Source: Carcharhinus amblyrhynchos (Eukaryota). Taken from it: a stretch of 64,000 nucleotides of DNA. Under the pieces are notes generated by a model. That model did no database searches and was not told where the DNA came from. It saw only the letters and a program-made list of their open reading frames with translations. The DNA lies in NCBI GenBank assembly GCA_965287045.1, contig OZ336876.1, forward strand, positions 8,184,001 through 8,248,000, in the 5' to 3' direction. Of this stretch, positions 1-12,714 are shown piece by piece (the first letter of the stretch is position 1; each line of letters begins with the position of its first letter). The translations under genes were made by a program, and so were the position numbers.

Positions 1-531
1 AAGTCTAAAGACACCAACCAGCCAACTCAAGAATAGCTTCTTCTCTGCTGCCATCAGGCCTTTGAATAGACCTACGTCAAAAGAATTCCTACAGTGCTGA
101 AAGTGACCATTTGGTCCATTGAGTCTGCACTGACAACAATCCTACCCAGGCCCCATCCCTATAACCCCACATATTTATCCTGCGAATCCCCTGACATTTA
201 CGGACAATTTAGTATGGTCAATCCACCCCAACCTGCACATCTTTGTACCATGGAGGAAGCCGGAGCACCCAAACGAAACCCCACAGACAATGACCCAAGC
301 TGGGAATCGAATCCAGAACCCTGGCACTGTAAAGGCAACAGTGCTAACCATTGTGCCACCCGTCAAGTTTATCTTTCTCTACAGTTGTGCTATATGACTG
401 TAACACTACATTCTGCACTCTCTCCTTTCTTTCTCCCCTATGTACTCTATGTACAGTATGCTTTGCCTATATAGCACACACGAAACACTTTTCACCGTAT
501 ACTAATACATATGACAATAATAAATCAAATT
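1..531 (+). mobile_element. Rex1/Babar-like LINE 3' end, interrupted by an HE1 SINE
   Basis: ctcaagaatagcttcttctctgctgccatcagg (KNSFFSAAIR) followed by the family tail ttttcaccgtatactaatacatatgacaataataaatcaaat, also seen at 2255, 5870, 7832, 34935 and 52280. Confidence 0.7.
82..362 (-). mobile_element. HE1-type V-SINE (tail A)
   Basis: Minus strand starts GGTGGCACAATGGTTAGCACTG with a tRNA-like B box and ends CTGTAGGAATTC. Confidence 0.8.
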
Positions 532-2254
532 AAAACAAGACACTGAACTGTGCTCCAGCAATGACGATGAGGATCTGAAATTAAACGCAAGGCTTCTGAA
601 TACATGTGTACAAGTAACAGTCAGGATTTAATGAAGGAGTGGACCAGAGTGCACAACAGCAATGCTTTGCTTACTGAACAGAAATATGGTCATCCAGTTT
701 ATCCAGAAGGTGAGTCCAGAAGAGCGATTCCAGGCTCTGGGACCGTACCACAGAAATTTCCGGCATGCAATAACCTTGTGATTTGTCAGATATGAACGTG
801 AATGAAGTAGGAAGCTCAATGTTTAAAATATTACTTGGTTTTCATATCCACCCCTTCAACACAGAACTCATTAGCACCCAAGTGCTCAACTGGGTAATGG
901 ACTTTAACCTGCAAAAAGACTATAGCAGTGGGCATGTGCATGTTGAGGTTTTTGAAAGGTGTACCATCCACCCGTGTTAAGAACAATGCTAAGAAACTGG
1001 ATGGATTGTATTGATTCGAAGTGAGCAGAGCCCCAGTATGGAATTAGATTGACAAGACAGAAAAGTTGCACGTGTGACCGATTTAAGTAAAGTTGACAGA
1101 TTGAAGTGCATCAAGGATCCTGGTCTTCAGCTTCCAGTGGCTCTGCCCACCATTTTTCTGCAGCCTCCCCCAATTCAGTCTACTGGTTTCCAACGCCTGT
1201 GCAGGAATCAGCTTTCCAGTACTGTATTCCTCACTAGCAGCAGCGCTTCCAGATGTCCAACATCCTACTGTTGGGACACAATTTCCAACCCCACCTCATC
1301 CTTCCCAAAAAACACTGCTTTACAACCTCACCCTTGAAGGCTCAAAGGAAAAACCCACTGATGGTTTTGGATTAAGTCCAAATTCTTTGACTCCTGTTTG
1401 ATCCACTGTCTTGACAAATGTCACGTGATATTTTACTACATTGCCTTATGCTTTAAGAAAGGGCATGTATTACGTTTGAGGTCTGATATGGAGACTAATA
1501 GAAGACCACGAGGTCAGTGGTGGTGAATTAACTGGAACTGTTTATTAACACGTCTGTATCCTAGCTTTACAGTCAGGACAAGACTGGCCAGGCAAACTCA
1601 AGCCAGGTTGGAGCTCAAGTCCCACATCACCTGTTTCTCTTAGAAGGGCATGCCCCAACATGCAAAACTCCATCAACCGCACCCCATCTATAACATATTC
1701 CATTTTTTAAATACACGACTGAACTATACACAAGGGCTAAGATCAAGTGTAGTATCGACATGCTGTACTTGGTTGAATTCATTAGGTTACATTTCAGCTT
1801 CATTTGAAACAATTTTTAAAAGCGGCATCTGGGCCTTTTGGTTAAGATGCAGATGAGATCATGACTTGGAGGAGGAGCTCTGCCTACTCCAATCAGCTTG
1901 GATCATGTAGATCAAGCCCAAGGCAGGTGGTGAGAGCCCTGTCTTGTCAGCTTGGATCAGGAATGTCTCAACTTGTTGAGACACTGAATTGGACTGGATT
2001 GGATTGAATTGGAACAAAAGCAAAAAAAAACATAATATGAACAACTGTGAATAGCAATATCAATGTCCATTAAAATGTATACATAGTTTTCCAGGAAATG
2101 TCATTCTCCAGACAGTCTGGTTGCCACCAAGCTCTCCTTGGGCTGCCTAGTTACAGTCATCAGCAGCTTCTGCTGACATTTCCTCTCTGGTCAGAACACC
2201 CTTAGTTTCAGAAACACAAGACTGTTGATTCCTCAGACTGCTCTTGCAACAACT

Positions 2255-2762
2255 TGATTTGATATTTTTTGACTGTCACATTTATTGGAATAGTGAAAAA
2301 TATTGTTTTTTGCACGCTATACAAATATACCATTCAAATAATACATAGGGGAGGAGACAGTGCCGTGTATAACATTACAGTCATAGCTAGGGTGTAGAGA
2401 AGAACACCTTAACATAAGTTAGTCCATTCAAAAGATGGCAGCAGGGAAGAAACTGCTCGAGTTGGTTGGTACACACCTCAGACTTCCGTACCTTTTTCTT
2501 GACAGAAAAAGGTGAAAGAGTGCACATCTGGGGTGCATGGGGGCCTTGATTATACTAGCTGCTTTTCTGAGGCAGAGGGAAGTGTTGACAGAGTCACTGG
2601 ATGGGAGGCTGGTTTGCGTGATGGACTGGGCTACACAACTGTTTGTAGTTTCATGCAGTCTTGGACTGAGCAGAAGCCATACCAAAATGTGATACATCTG
2701 GCTATGACGCAGCTGTAAAAATTGGCAAGTCATAATAGACACTCCAAATTTTCTTAGCCTCC
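2255..2762 (-). mobile_element. Rex1/Babar-like LINE 3' fragment
   Basis: Minus peptides RLRKFG and SFFPAAI; tail ttgatttgat at the left end. Confidence 0.75.
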
Positions 2763-2798
2763 CGATACAATTTGGAATCAGGGAGGGCTTCCCTGCTT

Positions 2799-2937
2799 TG
2801 ATGTGGAGATGCTGGCGTTGGACTGGGGTAAACACAGTAAGAAGTCTCACAACACCGGGTTAAAGTCCAACTGGTTTATTTGGTAGCAAACGCCACTAGC
2901 TTTCAGGGCTCTGTCCCTTCGTCAGATGAGTGGGGAG
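2799..2937 (-). mobile_element. Penelope-like terminal (pLTR) fragment
   Basis: atgtggagatgctggcgttggactggggtaaacacagtaagaagtctcacaacacc matches the termini of the GIY-YIG element at 47875-49386. Confidence 0.8.
2894..2928 (-). ncRNA. Minimal type I hammerhead ribozyme motif in Penelope end
   Basis: Minus strand CAT-CTGACGA-AGGG(ACAGAG)CCCT-GAAA-GCTA-GTG: CUGAnGA and GAAA core, stem II, palindromic AGCT. Confidence 0.6.
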
Positions 2938-3328
2938 TTTTATCTGTGTCTCCTCCAGACTCCTTTGTCTTGGATCTCAACCAACTGGGCCACTGTAGGA
3001 ACCCATTTATCCCACATTATGTAGTTCCTCACCAGCACATTCCTCCCTTCCCCCCTAGCCACATCAGATCAAAAGTGATCTGCAATCTGCCACCAAACAT
3101 CAATACTGCTGAGGTGTGTTGTAATACGTAAGAATTGATTCAATTACCTTCCAAGGGACCTTCCCTTTGAAAAATCTTCAGTGCCTGTTTTAAAGGTCTA
3201 GACAAACCTTCCAACCTGGCCAACTGTCGCAGAGTGGTTTGGAGCAGACTTCACCTGTTGGACTCCTTGATGGTCAAGTTAATCCAAGTTCTTCTGCCAC
3301 AAACTGGACCACTATCGCTCACTATTTG

Positions 3329-3454
3329 TGATGTGGTGGTGTTGAACTGGGGTAAACACAGTAAGAAGTCTGGCAACACCAGGTTTAAGTCCAACTGATT
3401 TATTTGATAGTAAACTCGCAAGCTTTCGGGGTTTGCCTGACAAAGGGGCAAACC
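3329..3454 (-). mobile_element. Penelope-like terminal fragment with a short inversion, inserted in the Gypsy protease remnant
   Basis: Same pLTR sequence (actggggtaaacacagtaagaagtc...aagctttcgggg) followed by inverted ctgacaaaggggcaaacc. Confidence 0.7.
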
Positions 3455-4849
3455 TGCATCTACTTTCATTTTGATTACATTCCCTTCACCTTTGGAAGGA
3501 CCCAAAATCTACTATTAAAATAATAGTATACTCAAAATTCTGATGATTTGAGCTCTTCTGCCTCCTCTGCAGAATCAGCAAACTCTGTGTCCCCTTTTTG
3601 GCTGTGACTTGTCGTTTGTATCAGTCTTCTGGTTCATCTCTCTAACTCCCCTTTTAATTGTGCCCTACAATCTCAGGCAGTGTGCCCCACCCACTTAGAG
3701 CTCTGGCTTTGGGCTCTGCAAGTCCAGCATGTGGACTCCATGGCCAGACTTCTCACAGGCGGCATTCTGTGGTTGACACCATATTCTGTTGCGCTTTGGC
3801 TACTTTGTGTACTCAGATACCAACACCCAACTGTGTTGTTTCATCTGCAGCCAGTTCCATACAAGCAGCTAACTCAAAAATCACTTTAAAATCAACTTTT
3901 GTCCATTTCATTGCGAGGCCCACACACCAAATGATGCCTCAAGGCATCCTGTAAAAAAAAAACGCAAACTCCCATTGCTAAGTTTATCTCAAACACAAAT
4001 TGCACGACAGATCCATCTTCCAACTGTATTCTCTTAGAAAATTAAAGAGCCTGCTATCACAAGTGGCTTTGGACCATAGTGATTCCTTAGTACAACTCTG
4101 CTAGGGGGTCACTGCAGGTTTCTCTGGTTGAGACTTCTTAATGTCACAAAGATTTTACTCCCTATAGTAATTAAGGGAACTGCTATTGCAAGTTCCTAAT
4201 TGCCTTATTTGCCTTTAAATAAGGGTGGGAATGCTCCACGTATAGCATCCAACTCTCCATTTCTTTGTTGAATGTCCTACTGCCCCAAACCAGCTCACTA
4301 TTTTTTAAAATCCTACATACTTTGTGCCACAGCTCACTTGGTGACTATGCTCGCTGACTATTCCTGTTGGCAGCCATCCGAGTCCCCTTGCAGCTGCATC
4401 CTCTCTGGTCTCAGCTCTCCCAGTTACCTCTCCCCTACTTGGGGTCTGTCTTTAGCCTGAGCCTCCTCATGACCACTGCCTTCAGCCTTCCCAGTGAGTA
4501 CTTCTTGCGTTGTCAAATGGTCAGAGTCCCCTTGCATCCATTTCTCTCCATGTCTAGTTCCCACGAGTCTACCCCAGTACCTCAGTAATTCACAACATTT
4601 TCAGAGTCCAGGATGACATCAAATCTTCCTCCCTTTCCCGAAAGCCAGCAATGATCTGCAGTCCATGGGCCGTGACTCAACCTCGTCACTAGTTATGTTT
4701 GAACTCGGATATAGAGGCTAATAAAAGACAAGGTCAGTGGTAGTAAACTAACTGGAATGTGTCTGTATCCTAACAGTCAGCACCAGACTGCCGCCCAGGG
4801 TCACCTGACCTGTTCTAAAGAGGCATGCCCCAACGTAACAGCATGAGAT

Positions 4850-5852
4850 TGGATTTATGTATTTTCAAATTTACGATATACACTGAAGATCAGTGTGGTA
4901 GAAATGAACATCTGGTTTGATATTGCTCTGCAATTACACACAATGCAAAGTAGGTAAATACGCAGGTTTCGCATTGAAGGAACATGTATATCCTACATCC
5001 TCGATCTCGAACATGCAAGTGAATGGATTACTTTTTAAGCAGTATTTTAAGCGAGCAAAGTCCGACAAATAGAAAGTTAATGAGCAGCTTTGAAAGGGTT
5101 GGTTGACAGAGGAATGTCAGCCAGGACAAGTTGTAATGAGTGAAGTGCTGCACGGATCAACTGAGGTCTCAACTATTTACAATCTATAGTAATGACAGAT
5201 TAAGACACTGAGTAACATATCCAGCTTTGCTGCCAATACTGAGGTATCTGGAGAGCAAGCTGTGAGGCCACAAAAAGCTCCACAATCAAACAAGATGGCA
5301 AACGGAGCATCATACGATCAAGTGTGAGGTTATTCACTTTGGTAGTAGAAAAGCAGAGTATGTTTAAAAGCAGTGAAACTTCCAAATGTTGATGCCTGGA
5401 GGAACTTGTGCATAATTGGAACACAGTTAGAAAGGAAAATAGCATGTTGGCATTTATTGCCATGGGACTGGAGTACGGGAAAAAATCTTGCTACAGTTGC
5501 ACAAGACATCGGCGAGACAACAGCAGGAATGTGGCACATAATTTTGGTCCCCATATCTAATAGAGGGCACACTTGCCTTGGAGGAATGCAGTGAAGGTTC
5601 AATGGATTGGTCTCACATGAGGATTGTTACAAGTGCAGAGAGAAAGAAGGGGGGGGGGGGTGGAAGAAGCAGTGATTTTACTGAATCGTGCAACATTCTT
5701 TAAAAAAGGTGTGTCAGGAGCAAAGAGGCTGTTCCCCTGGTTGGGGAAGTCTAGAAAACAGGAGCATTGTCTCAGGATAAGGGGCTCATCATTTGGGACC
5801 AAATCAAGGAGAAATTTCTTCACAGTAAAGGCTGTGAATCTTTGTAATTCTC
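4850..5852 (+). mobile_element. Old, degraded CR1-like LINE 3' part
   Basis: Remnants of KCEVIHFG, RLFPWLGKSR and RRNFFTVKAVNLCNSL. Confidence 0.65.
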
Positions 5853-5869
5853 TACTGTTCATTTTGTAA

Positions 5870-6310
5870 AATTTGATTTATTGTCACATGTATTAGCATA
5901 CAGTGAAAAGTATTGTTTCTTGCATGCTATCCAGACAAAGCATACTGCTCTTAAAGGGAAGTGTGTAGAATGTACTATTAGTCATAGCTAGGGTGTAGAG
6001 AAAGAACAACTTAGTGCAAGGTAGATCCATTCAAAAGTCTGATGGCAGCAAAGAAGCTCGAGTCAGTTCAACTTCAGACTTTTATCTCTTCTCCTGAGGA
6101 GGGAGAGAGAATGTTTGGGGTGCATGGGGTCCTAGATTACGCTAGCTGCTTTTCCAAGGCAGCAGAATGTGTAGACAGAGTCAATGGATGGGAGGCTGAT
6201 TTCAGTAATAGACTGAGCTTCATTCACAATCTTTTGTAGTTTCTTGTGGTCTTGAGAAGAGCAGGAGCCATACCAAGCTGTGATACAATCAAAAAGAATG
6301 CTTTCTGTAT
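5870..6310 (-). mobile_element. Rex1/Babar-like LINE 3' fragment
   Basis: Minus peptide ESILFDCITAWYGSCS..KKLQKIVNEAQSIT; tail tttgatttattgtcacatgtattag. Confidence 0.75.
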
Positions 6311-7831
6311 TCAAGCCTGAGACACATTTTTGAGAATCAAGGGATACAAAGAGCAGACAAGTGGTGTGAGGCCTAAGATCAGCAGTGGTTATACAGAACA
6401 AGCTCATGGTGTCTATCATCTTCTCCAGCTCTGATTTATTAGATCTTATTAACACAACCTGACTTCAAGCAAGAATGCTGTACATCATGAATTCAAGAGG
6501 AGAAAGCCAGATCTTAAAGCACTTAACAGAGTGTGCTTGGGTTCATGGTGGTTTAAAAGGATCAACATGGACAAATGCAAAGTATTGCACCCCTGAGGGA
6601 GTGGAGCAGCACATCTATCACATAAGTGGGGCTGAACAAAACAATATCAAGTATTTGTTCATTCATCACATCCAAACGGTCAGCTGCAGTAACAAACGTA
6701 CGTGATGCTAGATTTTGCTGGGAGAGTTATCACTCAAATGTGTCGGACTGAAGACAGTGCCCAAACCTAGGCACAACTTGAAACTACTGCATACACTTCT
6801 GCTTCATCACAAAGGTATGAACCAGACTATAGAAGCAGAGCTGATGAGAAACATTATGCTAATTCCCAGTAAAAGAGGAAGGACTTGAAAAACCAAGAAT
6901 GAAGATACCCAAATTTAGCTGCCTTAGGCAGAAACACCAATATCTTGCTACAATGAATAAAGAACAAACTCTTGAGCAATACACAGAAATGGCACATAGC
7001 ATCAGGTTCGGAGTTGAAGGTCAAGGTTAAGACAGTGTCACAAAGCATTATGTGGAGGCTGATCGATACCAGAAATGGACTGGAAGTGAAACTGACTTGC
7101 GGAAATAAAACTCCAATTTCTTGACAGAGGAGATCAAATGAGTGGAAGGGCACCAATCATTTGATGACCTTGCAAAATCTAAAGTTTTGTTAATAATCAA
7201 AAAAAACTGATCAAAGTGCTACATCAAGCTACCAGAAGAGTGATGATGTGCCTTTACAGAATAAAGCACAGTTGCATGAGCAAGAGGGAGGTTGCAGTAA
7301 ATTTAATTATGTAATTGTTGAATCTCAGCCACAGGGAGTAGTTGAGCAAGAAACTAATGCACCTCTTAAAGCACAAACAGGTGAGCCAAGGGGAAATGGC
7401 AAAGCTGTGATATTAATTTTAGACTGACTGAGCAAACAGCCCACATGTACACAATAAGCTGAATCTATCTTTAATGACTCTAAACATTAAGGCATAACCC
7501 TGTAGAAAACGTCCAAGAAAATTGTTCAGCAACCCAGAAAGTAATGAACACCTTTGGAAGGAGTTTGATGGGGAACAGGTCGGGGCAAGAAAGAATTACT
7601 TTTAAAAGCACACGTGCAAAAAAATTGCCAATTTGACAAGCAGCTGTTTTGACTTCTCTTTCACATGGTGGTCACAATTCCCTTTAACAATACCACAGAA
7701 GCTGTGCCTCCCTCAGTGATTCAGCATATTTATCTAACAAACAGCATGTACAGACCAGGAAGGTCCCAGATTTGCTGCTTAGGGCTATGCTGTGTTACTG
7801 TCAACTGGGACGGTGCTGTCCAACTCAAGTG

Positions 7832-8043
7832 AGCAACCAACTCAAGAACAACTTCTTCCCTGCTGCCAGACTTTTGAATGAACTTATATTGCATTTAATT
7901 GCTCTACACCCTAGCTATAACTGCAACACTACATTCTACACTCTCTCATTTCCTTCCTATGGACAGTTTGTTTTGTCTGTATAGTGCGCAAGAAATAATA
8001 CTTTTCACTGTATGTTAATACACGTGAAAATGATAAATCAAAA
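7832..8043 (+). mobile_element. Rex1/Babar-like LINE 3' end
   Basis: LKNNFFPAARLLN followed by the family 3' UTR and tail ataaatcaaa. Confidence 0.7.
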
Positions 8044-9094
8044 TGTACTGCAATTAGCTTCACATCATTAGGTGCAGGAAGCAGGACCAAAAGTAAGAGG
8101 AGGTTTCTGCTGCAAAGTACACACAGCGAGGTCATAATTGGATCCAGCTATGAACCATCAAGCCCACCTTCAAATCCAGGGTCAGTAGAGAAACAAGCAC
8201 CTGGGTGAAATATGGGAAGACATTTGCCACTAATGTCCAAAAGCAGAAGTTAATTATGAGGCAGTTGCTACTAAAACCAAAAAGCAAGTTCAGGAAGAAC
8301 TTTTTTTAAAATCTAAAGAACGAGAATATGGAAGTTGAGAATAGAGGATGCATTTCTGGAGGAAGTGATAGAAGTACACAATGAACAAATGAAGGGGTCC
8401 CGCTGATCAGATTACATGAAGCAAAGCAAGAGAATGATTGTGAGCAGTATTAAAACAAGAACAGTCCAGTTGGGACAAATAGCTTCTGTGCTGTACATCT
8501 TAATTTTTAACCGGAAGTAATGCTTTATTCTGTAATAAAAGTAATTTCTTCAAGTGGAAGGGTTTTGGAATGAGTGGTCATGAAGGGGACAGAAATTTAA
8601 CAAAGAAATTTCAGCCTAAGGTGCAGCAACAGAATCACTTAGCAGTGACGGAGCTCCCTCCCTCTGCCCCCGCACAATCTCTGGGAAGAGTGGGATCATC
8701 GGGAGTTTGCACTTTGTCATTGCTGTTAATGACACTCACCATCAGCTGGCACAATAAGGTGCAGTCAGCAACTAAATTCTCATTACACAGCACTAAACCA
8801 AAGTGCTAACTGTGGATTGTTCCAGCTCCAGAACACAGACTCAGGAGTACTAATTAAGTGTCTGTCACCTACACATTTACTATACATGTCACCCAATCCA
8901 ACCTGTAGATCAGAAGACTTTCAGTGGTACCTATCCATTCACTCAATTTCTAACAACATACTTTTACCATAGACATGAAATTGTAACGCTTTGTTTTATA
9001 CAGACCCCACAGCATTACTGGAACCTAGCATATGCTTTTGTATATAATATCAATTTTCTTTATGCCTGAAATCCATTTTAAGCCAAATTTTGTT

Positions 9095-9478
9095 TTTTAT
9101 TCAGTCATGGGACATGGGTGTCACTAGCTAGCCAGCATTAGTTGCTCATCCCTAGTTACCCTTGAACTGAGTGCCCACTAGGCTATTTCAGAGGACACAG
9201 AACATAGAACAGTTGAGAGTGAACCAATTTGCTGTGGGTCTGGAATCACAAGTAGGGAAGGCCAGGTAAAGACAACAGATTTCCTTCCCTAAAGGACATT
9301 AGTGAACCAGACAATCAACAATGGTTTCACGGTCATCAGTAGATTTTTAATTGCAGATATTCTTCATTGAATTCACGTCTGCCATGGTGGGATGCAAACC
9401 CGGGTCCCCAGAAGAACATTAGCTGAATTTTTGGATTAATAGTCCAGTGATAACACCACTAGGCCATCGCCTCCCCAT
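9095..9478 (-). mobile_element. Second shark SINE family (tRNA-like head, CR1-like tail)
   Basis: Minus head GGGGAGGCGATGGCCTAGTGGTGTTATCACTGGAC; homologous to 14086-14390 and 23545-23885. Confidence 0.6.
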
Positions 9479-9839
9479 ATGCCTTCTCTGATCAGATTAT
9501 ACAATTAAAGAATGCACCAGCATGCTGCTCAGAAGCATTATATCAGACTATTCTTTTGTCTGTTTTATTGTAGACCTTTTGAAAGAAAAGATCTACGCTC
9601 TCCCTGCTGCCAACATCAATTCTATAGCCTACATGTAAAAAGACGAGTTTTCTGAGGCACAAGATTACATGCGTCAACACTGCAAATTTCTGCATCACAC
9701 AATATCAGAGACTGAACATCTGCAGCTGATTAAATCTCCTCACAAACAAGCCAGGATACCGGTCTGCTGCCTAAACATCAAATACATAATGCACATTACA
9801 AGTACAAAATATTTGGCATGGAGCCACATAAGCATATGA

Positions 9840-10300
9840 GGCTAGGAGAACAAAAGCTTGGTTGTAGTAATGTTTAAGGACCGAAAGAGAATTGGAAAGG
9901 CGTGAGGAAAGAGGGAGTTCCAGAAAGTTCCTAGGCTGCTGAAGGAAAGGCCACCAGAAGTTAAATATTGCAATGCTAAATTGCTCAAGAGGCTGGAAAG
10001 AAAGGTAGGTAGGGCTGAGCAGATTATAGAGATCAATGGCACAGAGGGATTTGAAAACAAAGGATGAAAATTTTGAAATCAAGGCTTTCCAAGCATCAGT
10101 AAAGGCCAGCAAGCATAGGTGAGCAGGATACGAGAGTTAGGGCAGCAGAGTTAGCATTTACCTCAATCTTGTGCAAGGTAGAGCTAGGGAGGCTGGCCAG
10201 GAATGTATTCAAATAATCAAGTCTCAAGGTAACAAACGCTTGGATGGGACAAGCTGGAGCAGGTGAAGCTCCAGAGGTAAAAATAGGCAGCATTAGCAAT
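9840..10300 (-). mobile_element. Ancient L2-like LINE fragment
   Basis: Minus peptide IQAFVTLRLDYLNTFLASLPSSTLHKIEVNANSAA, typical of the L2/CR1-clade ORF2 C-terminus. Confidence 0.6.
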
Positions 10301-10564
10301 TTTGATTAACCTGCAACTGACTATTATTCACAAAAACAGCACGATTATTTTGTGTAGCCACAAGAGACATACCTAGTGAGCACCTCCACTGGAGATTTAA
10401 TTAAACATGGTTATAGAAGGAACTTTGAACTGAAAAATGTATTTCTAATTACACTTTAAAACTACTTCAGAAAACATTGAAAAATTCAGAAACCTTCTGC
10501 GAAACAGCAAATGATGCTGTAAATATTAGATCTGTGTGGATGTAGCAAAGACATCACAAGTAAA

Positions 10565-10982
10565 CATAACCATAAGATTATAGGAGCAGAATTAGGCCAT
10601 TCTGCCCATCACATCTGCTCCACAATTCAATCATGGCTGATATGATTCTCATCCCCATAACCCTTGGTCCCCTTATTAATCAAGGGCCTGTCTTAAAGAC
10701 ACTCAATAGCCACAGCCGTCTGTGGCAATGAGTTTCACAGATTCACCACACTCTGGCTAAAGAAATACCTCCTCATCTCAGTGTTAAAAGAGCATCCCTT
10801 CACACTGAGGTTGTGCCTTTGAGTTCTAGTCTCTCTCACTAGTGGAAACATCCTCTCCACGTTCATTCTTCCTAGGCCTCAGTATTTTCTAAGTTTCAAT
10901 TAGACCCTGCTCATCCTTCTAAACTCTATTGAGGAGAGACCCAAAATCCTCAACTACTCCTCATATGACAAACCCTTCATTT
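10565..10982 (-). mobile_element. CR1-like LINE 3' end
   Basis: Tail cataaccataag..aggagcagaattaggcc; minus-strand R(R)YFFSQSVVNL motif. Confidence 0.7.
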
Positions 10983-12714
10983 TTTCTGTTTTCAAGATTC
11001 CCAAAAGAGTAAATAATTAGACACAAGCTGCAACTAACCTTTTTTAAAAAAAAAGTACTGCTTGCAAAATTATAGCGAAGACTTGAGAACAGAAACTTCA
11101 GAATAAGACTCGAAGACAGCCTTCCAATGAACATGGGACAGTAAATTTAAACTTCACTTTGCCGTGTTTCCAGAGTAACTGCACACTCGGACCCACATGA
11201 TAAGAATGGAAATACACTGGTTAAGAAAAATCAAGCTTGCTTGGGCAGAATAATTACAATCCTTTGTTAGGAAAATATTAAACTGCATGCTGACAGTAAC
11301 CTTGCTGTACAAGGTAAAGAATAGCATGAGGATGGACCGTTCGCTTAAAGTAAGCTGTCATTTTATGGATAAGACTAACAGACTAGCCATTATTTCATTT
11401 GTGGGTATGTTCATTCCAGTAAAGGAGACTCTGAGCCCCTCCTTTACAATTGCTGAGAATTCTAGAGCAGCTTTATTACAAGCACTGTAACTTCGTATTG
11501 AAAATAGTGTTATGCCTGAGCTAAGCAGCCCAAGAAAACATCTTGCCATAGAGTGGTACATCTCATTGACTTTCCAGCACCTCAGATTCAGACACTTCAA
11601 TTTACAGTCCCTGCTAGCTGAAATAATTCAGGGCAATACACCGAGTCAGTAAGTTAGCAGCCAGGGGAGACCAGGCACAAAGTTTCTGTAACAATAATAA
11701 AACTGAAGTTTCTACAAAAACATCAAGTCTACATCATTTATACACAAAACAAAAAACCCAGGCAACAAGCAATCCATTCTAGCAACTGCACACATGACAT
11801 CAATTACCTAATCTAGATTGGTGATTGTTAATTTTCTCAAATATCAAATTTTTTTAGCTTGAAAAAATCTTCTCAAATTTTACCTTCTTCATCTGGAAGA
11901 GTCACTATTAGTAACTGAACACATGGCGCATTATAGTCATTTCCCTTCAACAGCAATCTATTCCCATTGTTGTACTGAGCAGGAAGTTAGTAGCAGTATC
12001 AGCCTAAGCTCAACACAAGGGGACCTACATGGTCTACCATGAGAAAAGAGTAAATTTGCTAAATGCAAACATTGCAAAGCCAACAACCAGAAAAACTCAT
12101 CTTTCCTAAAGTTACATGGCCGATGATTACCCTACAAAACAACATCCTAAACTGGTATGGATCCCAGATCTATAATTGCAAAGAACTAAATGAAAGAGCA
12201 TTCAAATTTCAAAGCATTTTACAGGTTCCATAGTTGAGTGTGGACATCAAGAGAAAGACATTGGAAATGTGAATCACCAATAATAATGTAAAGATTGTGT
12301 TTATCTGAGGGAGTATCCCATCCCTGCCTTTTCCCTTTCAGCAAAAGGCAGCTTGGTCCACAGAGATAACCTGCCAAGTTTATAATGGTAAATAAAATAT
12401 GCTTTAAGGCAGAGCAGGCTGGTGATCACACAGAAATACAGCCTCACCAGACGCAATAGGCCAAATGGCCTCCTCCTGCACTACAAGGATTCTATGATTC
12501 TAACTAATCATTTCCAGACACTGATCAACCTAACCAACATTCTTCTATTAAAGAGTTCAGACATCTAGTATCCTTAATGAAAACACAGAAGTAAAATCAA
12601 AAGACAATTCATTTGTGCAGTCAATAGAATCAAACTACTCAAATGAGTCTTACCACACAACTTGAAAATAATGAGTAACCATAGGAGGAGCATACTCAAC
12701 TCCATTAGGCCTTG

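Larger units (their letters stand above)
1466..4840 (-). mobile_element. Decayed Gypsy/Ty3 LTR retrotransposon: 5' LTR 4692-4840, 3' LTR about 1466-1665, gag and protease remnants
   Basis: Two related direct repeats. A PBS-like TAGTGACGAGG (4691-4681) abuts the 5' LTR. Minus-strand peptides ESWMLYVE, PEKPA, PKPLVIA and DALRHHLVCGPRNE are gag-like (about 4270-3830), and IKMKVDAG is protease-like (about 3455-3480). Confidence 0.7.

Noticed and set aside
10366-10410. Another minus-strand micro-exon pattern (ctccag/TGGAGGTGCTCACTAG/gtatgt)
   Set aside because: Weak pyrimidine tract and no supporting homology; it shows that such patterns occur by chance.
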